Assembly: GCA_044236265.1 (NCBI GenBank)
Contig: JBIIGV010000102.1
Span: forward strand, 1-10,061
Source: Oligoflexales bacterium
GTDB taxonomy: Bacteria; Bdellovibrionota_B; Oligoflexia; Oligoflexales; RGVZ01
DNA: 10,061 nucleotides
Direction of reading: 5' to 3'
The notes beneath the pieces were generated by a model, which worked only from the letters and a program-made list of their open reading frames with translations, had not been told where the DNA came from and searched no databases. Positions 6,636 to 10,061 of this stretch are shown here, piece after piece (within the stretch, counting starts at the first letter, position 1; every line of letters starts with the position of its first letter). A program made the translations under genes and the position numbers.

Positions 6636-8537
6636 TTAAACAGTTACAGTTGGCTGCTCAACAATCGTGACGTCTTTTCGCGGAAGTGACCACGTTAGAC
6701 CCACCGGATATCCGGCGATCGTTGGCGGCAAGATTGAAACCTTTAGACCGTGAGCAGAAAGCATCTGCTTTGCCAAGTCGACATGGTAGAGCATCTCTCG
6801 GCTTGGCGCCTCTGGGATTTGATTATGTTGTTTTGAAGGAAGGGAAAGAATGATTGTCGCCTGATCTTTGAAGCGCTTCTGTCTCACCACAAGCGGTAGA
6901 CTGATCGACTTCAAATCAACGCCTGCCAAAAGCCCCAGGTATAGATGAAAGAAACCACTGACCATGACAGCCGATGAGACCGCTGGATACATTTCCTCAG
7001 GACTTCCAAGCTGAGGAAGAGTTTCGAAGGTCATCGTTTGAAACTTACCGTCAGCACCAACAAGCCTTTGCGCCGAAATCAAACACTGACACCAGTCAGA
7101 GGTCTTTTCTGATTTATCACGGGTCGCAATGCCGTGCCAAAGTGCCGCCAGTTTACTGACAGACTCACAATCGTCAATCGCTTGTCGAGCAAGCATGGCT
7201 GCATTAAGAGATTGATCCAAAGCGCCAGCCGTCAAATGATCAAGTTCGAGCATGTCATCGTCAAGTTTGGAGCGTCCAGGATACGCGCCCTTTGTTTCAA
7301 CCAAAGATCTGAAAAACTTACGAGCTGCAAGATCGCGGTTTGTCCCCTGACTAAGTCCTTCTTTCCAGCGACCGCAAAAATTCGCCAGAGATTTCGCTTG
7401 CACAGCAAGTCCGCTCGCTGCGACGTCGTAGATGTTTTCGCAGACTTCGCGCATCTGCTGCATTTGTCGCAAAAACGATGCTGATGTATGCTGAAGCTGC
7501 TCTTGCAAACTTGCCAGATCACTCATACTCACAAGTTTTGCCTCAAGATCAGCCATCTCTGTATCGCGCTCACGCAATCGTGTCGTCATACTCTCAATGC
7601 GATCTTTGAGAAGGCGCATCTGTTGGCCGCGATGCTCATCTTTTGCAGCAACAATTGATTGCGCCTGTTTCACAATCTGTGTCCATGTGAGCGTAACGCC
7701 TTGGGCCGTTGTATCTTCGCTAGCCTTGACGAGTTGATGTTCTTTCACCCATGTTTCGAGTGCCTGTCGCTCTTTCTCGTCTTCTCGCTCTCGGGCAGAA
7801 ACTTGGGCCAAAGCAATCACAATCAGTACGCCCAAGGCACCATACAACAGCCAAAAGCTTTCACGCTGCGTCCGTAGTGCAAGTCCCGTTAGATTAGGAA
7901 CAACGCGGTAGATCCATCCATCTACATACAGCGGAAGAGCGAAACGCCCATCCGTCATTCGCCCATCGCCCCAAAGCCTGGCACCCTTTGCGCCCAATCC
8001 AAAACCAATGTCACGTTGAGCCACTAGCTTTCCCACCGCTGGATACAAAGAAACCCACACCTGGTCGAATACAACCTGCGCTGCAGCAAAAACAGTACGA
8101 CCATCGAACTGTTTCGACACAACGGAAACCAATACCGCCTCATCCTGCTCATTCGTCTGCCAAACCAATGTCGGCTTGCCAGATTTCACGATTTGGCAAA
8201 GGTCACTCACCGGCTTACCAGTTTGCGGCACGCGCGCAATCAACTGGCAATCCGCGTCGAGGAGATCAATCTGCGTGACCTCTCCAGGTCTGATATATGT
8301 CTGAAGAGACTGCGAAACTGTATTGATGTTACCCAATGAAAAGTTTTGCTGAATCTGTAGATCAGCCAATGCACTCCAGGCGATTGCGCTGAGTCGCCCC
8401 CGGGTTTCACCAACAGCCGATGCAAATTGGGTGCGAATACCTGCGAGACGCTGCATCTCGTCATTGAAACCTCGATCCACCATCGTCATAACGCCGGTGA
8501 AGATGAAAGCAATCGGTAAAAGCCTGATGGCACGCAT
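6636..8537 (-). CDS. Membrane protein with sensor-histidine-kinase-like architecture, degenerate catalytic motifs (putative pseudokinase)
   Basis: ORF is open from 8588; ATG 8537 preferred (GGGGGA SD 6 nt upstream, followed directly by TM1 LLPIAFIFTGVMTMV). Extracytoplasmic region of about 200 aa, TM2 FWLLYGALGVLIVIALAQV, coiled coil ending LVSMSDLASL (cf. LVQSEKLASL before H-boxes), C-terminus LAKQMLSAHGLKVSI...GYPVGLTWSLP (cf. LAIVKRIVEAHGGRI...GTTFTFTLP). The CDS is secure; the product is an inference. Confidence 0.6.
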   Translation of the reverse strand: MRAIRLLPIAFIFTGVMTMVDRGFNDEMQRLAGIRTQFASAVGETRGRLSAIAWSALADLQIQQNFSLGNINTVSQSLQTYIRPGEVTQIDLLDADCQLIARVPQTGKPVSDLCQIVKSGKPTLVWQTNEQDEAVLVSVVSKQFDGRTVFAAAQVVFDQVWVSLYPAVGKLVAQRDIGFGLGAKGARLWGDGRMTDGRFALPLYVDGWIYRVVPNLTGLALRTQRESFWLLYGALGVLIVIALAQVSAREREDEKERQALETWVKEHQLVKASEDTTAQGVTLTWTQIVKQAQSIVAAKDEHRGQQMRLLKDRIESMTTRLRERDTEMADLEAKLVSMSDLASLQEQLQHTSASFLRQMQQMREVCENIYDVAASGLAVQAKSLANFCGRWKEGLSQGTNRDLAARKFFRSLVETKGAYPGRSKLDDDMLELDHLTAGALDQSLNAAMLARQAIDDCESVSKLAALWHGIATRDKSEKTSDWCQCLISAQRLVGADGKFQTMTFETLPQLGSPEEMYPAVSSAVMVSGFFHLYLGLLAGVDLKSISLPLVVRQKRFKDQATIILSLPSKQHNQIPEAPSREMLYHVDLAKQMLSAHGLKVSILPPTIAGYPVGLTWSLPRKDVTIVEQPTVTV

Positions 8538-8584
8538 GACGTGTCCCCCCATTCTTCGCACCAAGCGGCGAGGGTCGGTAAACT

Positions 8585-8610
8585 CCATCGGCGGGTGCTG
8601 AAATCGTTGA
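8585..8610 (-). promoter_or_regulatory. Sigma28-like promoter upstream of the kinase-like gene
   Basis: Minus strand TCAA(8610-8607)-N14-GCCGATGG(8592-8585). GCCGAT core present; spacing is one short of consensus. Confidence 0.4.
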
Positions 8611-8692
8611 AAAATTTAGGCTCTCTTATGTAAAAGTTTAAGGCATGACCAAATTAATGTCATCCAATAATTTTCATGATGTCGCTTAAAGA

Positions 8693-9130
8693 TTATTTAG
8701 TTTCTTGAACTAATTCAATGAGCAAACCACCTGTTGATTCAGGATGGACAAATGCAATCAATGTGGAATGTGCACCTGGACGGGGAGAATCATCCACCAT
8801 CCTGACGCCCTTGGCTTTCATGCGCTCCAAGGCGAGGACAATGTCGTTTACGGTCACTGCAAGGTGATGAATACCGCCACCTTTCTTCTCAAGATATTTA
8901 GAAATGGGCCCATCGGACGTGCCCTCTTGGGGAGAGACGATCTCCAGTCGGGTTTGAGCCTGTGGAGCAGCCCCTGGCGCAAACATGGCCGTCATTGTCT
9001 TCTGGGGAACCACCAACTCGTCGCCAAGATGCTCAAGTCCAAGCACCTCCTGCAAGAACCATCGGCATTTGAGCGGATCTTTTGCTGCCAACCCCAAATG
9101 ATTGACCCCCAGAACCTCAAATGACGCCAT
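8693..9130 (-). CDS. mce: Methylmalonyl-CoA epimerase (VOC superfamily)
   Basis: Metal ligands in NHLGLA, RLEIV, GGGIHHLAV and LIELVQ; family-typical GPISKYLEKKGGGIHH and PRPGAH...AFVHPESTGGLLIELVQ. Start moved to ATG 9130 (GGAGGAA SD at 9143-9137) because the track's 9157 start lies inside a terminator. Confidence 0.92.
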   Translation of the reverse strand: MASFEVLGVNHLGLAAKDPLKCRWFLQEVLGLEHLGDELVVPQKTMTAMFAPGAAPQAQTRLEIVSPQEGTSDGPISKYLEKKGGGIHHLAVTVNDIVLALERMKAKGVRMVDDSPRPGAHSTLIAFVHPESTGGLLIELVQETK

Positions 9131-9145
9131 GATTGCTTCCTCCAG

Positions 9146-9183
9146 AAAAAAAACCACCCGCGGCTTTCTGCCCGGGTGGTTTT
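9146..9183 (-). terminator. Rho-independent terminator downstream of the 146-aa gene
   Basis: Minus strand AAAA-CCACCCG-GGC-AGAAA-GCC-G-CGGGTGG-TTTTTTTT: GC-rich stem with one bulge plus U8. A T4 tract on the + strand makes it possibly weakly bidirectional. Confidence 0.88.
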
Positions 9184-9232
9184 AATCTATCAGTGTGTCC
9201 CTAATTACAGAAGAGATAAGTAAGGATAGTGC

Positions 9233-9673
9233 TTAGTCAACGCGAATTCCAGCGCGCTCAAGAATATCTTTCAACTCCTTGCGCTGAGCTGGCTTAAGAC
9301 CTTTAGCGTTGCAAAGTTCAACCAGTGACTCACGGGCATTGCCGGTGATGTTCATGAACTCTTTGTCTTGAAGCATACGGAAGCGGCTCATCATGCGCTC
9401 AAATACTTCGTCGCGGTCAATATCAGCACCGGTTGACCACTTGCCTTTGCGCATAGCGTTTGTCGCCAGGGCTACAACGCGGCTGAAGCGAGCACCTTCG
9501 GTGCCGGAGCGACGGCTCTTGCCGGAACGCCCTTTAGCTCGCAGCTTTGCCAAAAGCTCGTCATAGGTAAATGCGAAATTGCTTTCGACTTCACGAAGCC
9601 CCAGCGGGGTATCTTGAACCGAAGACCAGATGATGTTGAGGGTATCGCCAGGGCGAAGCTCTACAGATGCCAT
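9233..9673 (-). CDS. Hypothetical cytoplasmic basic protein (146 aa)
   Basis: Strong SD GAGGAG 7 nt before ATG, biased codons (AAG, CGC, TTC, GGC frequent), own terminator, basic patch KLRAKGRSGKSRRS. No family recognised. Confidence 0.85.
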   Translation of the reverse strand: MASVELRPGDTLNIIWSSVQDTPLGLREVESNFAFTYDELLAKLRAKGRSGKSRRSGTEGARFSRVVALATNAMRKGKWSTGADIDRDEVFERMMSRFRMLQDKEFMNITGNARESLVELCNAKGLKPAQRKELKDILERAGIRVD

Positions 9674-9725
9674 GTTAATTCTCCTCTGAATTCTTATAGG
9701 ACATGAGATTTTTCAAGCGAACGGA

Positions 9726-9754
9726 GGTTTACTAAGGCATTTTATGGATGTCAA
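9726..9754 (-). promoter_or_regulatory. Sigma70-like promoter for the 146-aa gene
   Basis: Minus strand TTGACA(9754-9749)-N17-TAAACC(9731-9726) with AT-rich upstream tract; perfect -35, weak -10. Confidence 0.5.
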
Positions 9755-9868
9755 GCTTATTTATCTAAAATTTGAGCAGTTAGCACCCTATGATCATAGT
9801 TTGTCTTGCAACTATAAATAAATACAGGCTTAATTTAGGCGGACCTTCTATTTAATAGATAGAGACTT

Positions 9869-10061
9869 ATGGCATTACACCGTCCCCCTCTCATTTGTAA
9901 CCGCTTTGAAGTGGTTCTCGTCATTTTATTGAGTTTTATCATCGCCACGCGCTTAGTTTGGCTGCAAATTGACGAGCAACCCCGCCAAATGACTGATGAG
10001 TTTTTCACCACGGGGAACACCTTCAAACGCGCGTTAAGCCAATCATGTGCCTCTGGAGTAG
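9869..10061 (+). CDS. Probable ArnT/PMT-like (GT-C) membrane glycosyltransferase, 3' partial
   Basis: Manual translation MALHRPPLICNRFEVVLVILLSFIIATRLVWLQIDEQPRQMTDEFFTTGNTFKRALSQSCASGV, open to the window end. TM helix ending in R-L, then a DE dipeptide in the first external loop, as in ArnT/PMT families. Only 64 codons visible. Confidence 0.55.
   Translation, partial: MALHRPPLICNRFEVVLVILLSFIIATRLVWLQIDEQPRQMTDEFFTTGNTFKRALSQSCASGV

Noticed and set aside
2859..9124. Remaining shadow ORFs over the CheA-like, MCP-like, kinase-like and mce genes (e.g. 2859-3155, 4768-5049, 7134-7484, 8744-9124)
   Set aside because: Antisense or out-of-frame by-products of real coding sequence without recognisable features.
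9131..9157. N-terminal extension MVFFLEEAI of mce
   Set aside because: It is a translation of the terminator stem, U tract and SD; ATG 9130 fits far better.
9184..9232. Cobalamin or other riboswitch upstream of mce
   Set aside because: Only about 50 nt available; no B12 box or obvious antiterminator pairing.
9835..10026. 63-aa minus-strand ORF from the track
   Set aside because: No protein-like features; lies antisense to a more convincing + strand membrane protein start at 9869.
1..10061. CRISPR arrays, tandem repeat arrays, tRNA/rRNA, IS or prophage, defence systems
   Set aside because: No periodic repeats, cloverleaf, transposase, integrase or nuclease motifs seen by eye; intergenic gaps are all under 250 nt.

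Overview
Bacterial chromosomal window with nine supportable CDSs and no mobile element, RNA gene or CRISPR array. The lineage cannot be fixed from sequence alone; the receptor style is loosely reminiscent of Bdellovibrionota/Oligoflexia (weak inference). Left: 3' part of a CPA2 K+/H+ antiporter with tandem RCK_C domains, converging on a YheT-like alpha/beta hydrolase and a small Cys-rich lipoprotein. Centre, the most interesting part: three intact signalling genes that all appear catalytically degenerate. These are a CheA-like protein lacking the phospho-His and most ATP-binding boxes, an MCP-like receptor with eroded methylation sites and Pro breaks placed symmetrically about its hairpin tip, and a convergent membrane sensor-kinase-like protein with no intact H/N/G boxes. 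Sigma28-like promoter motifs precede both arms. Right: methylmalonyl-CoA epimerase whose RBS directly abuts an intrinsic terminator, an unknown basic 146-aa protein with strong expression signals, and the 5' start of a probable ArnT/PMT-type (GT-C) glycosyltransferase missing from the ORF track.
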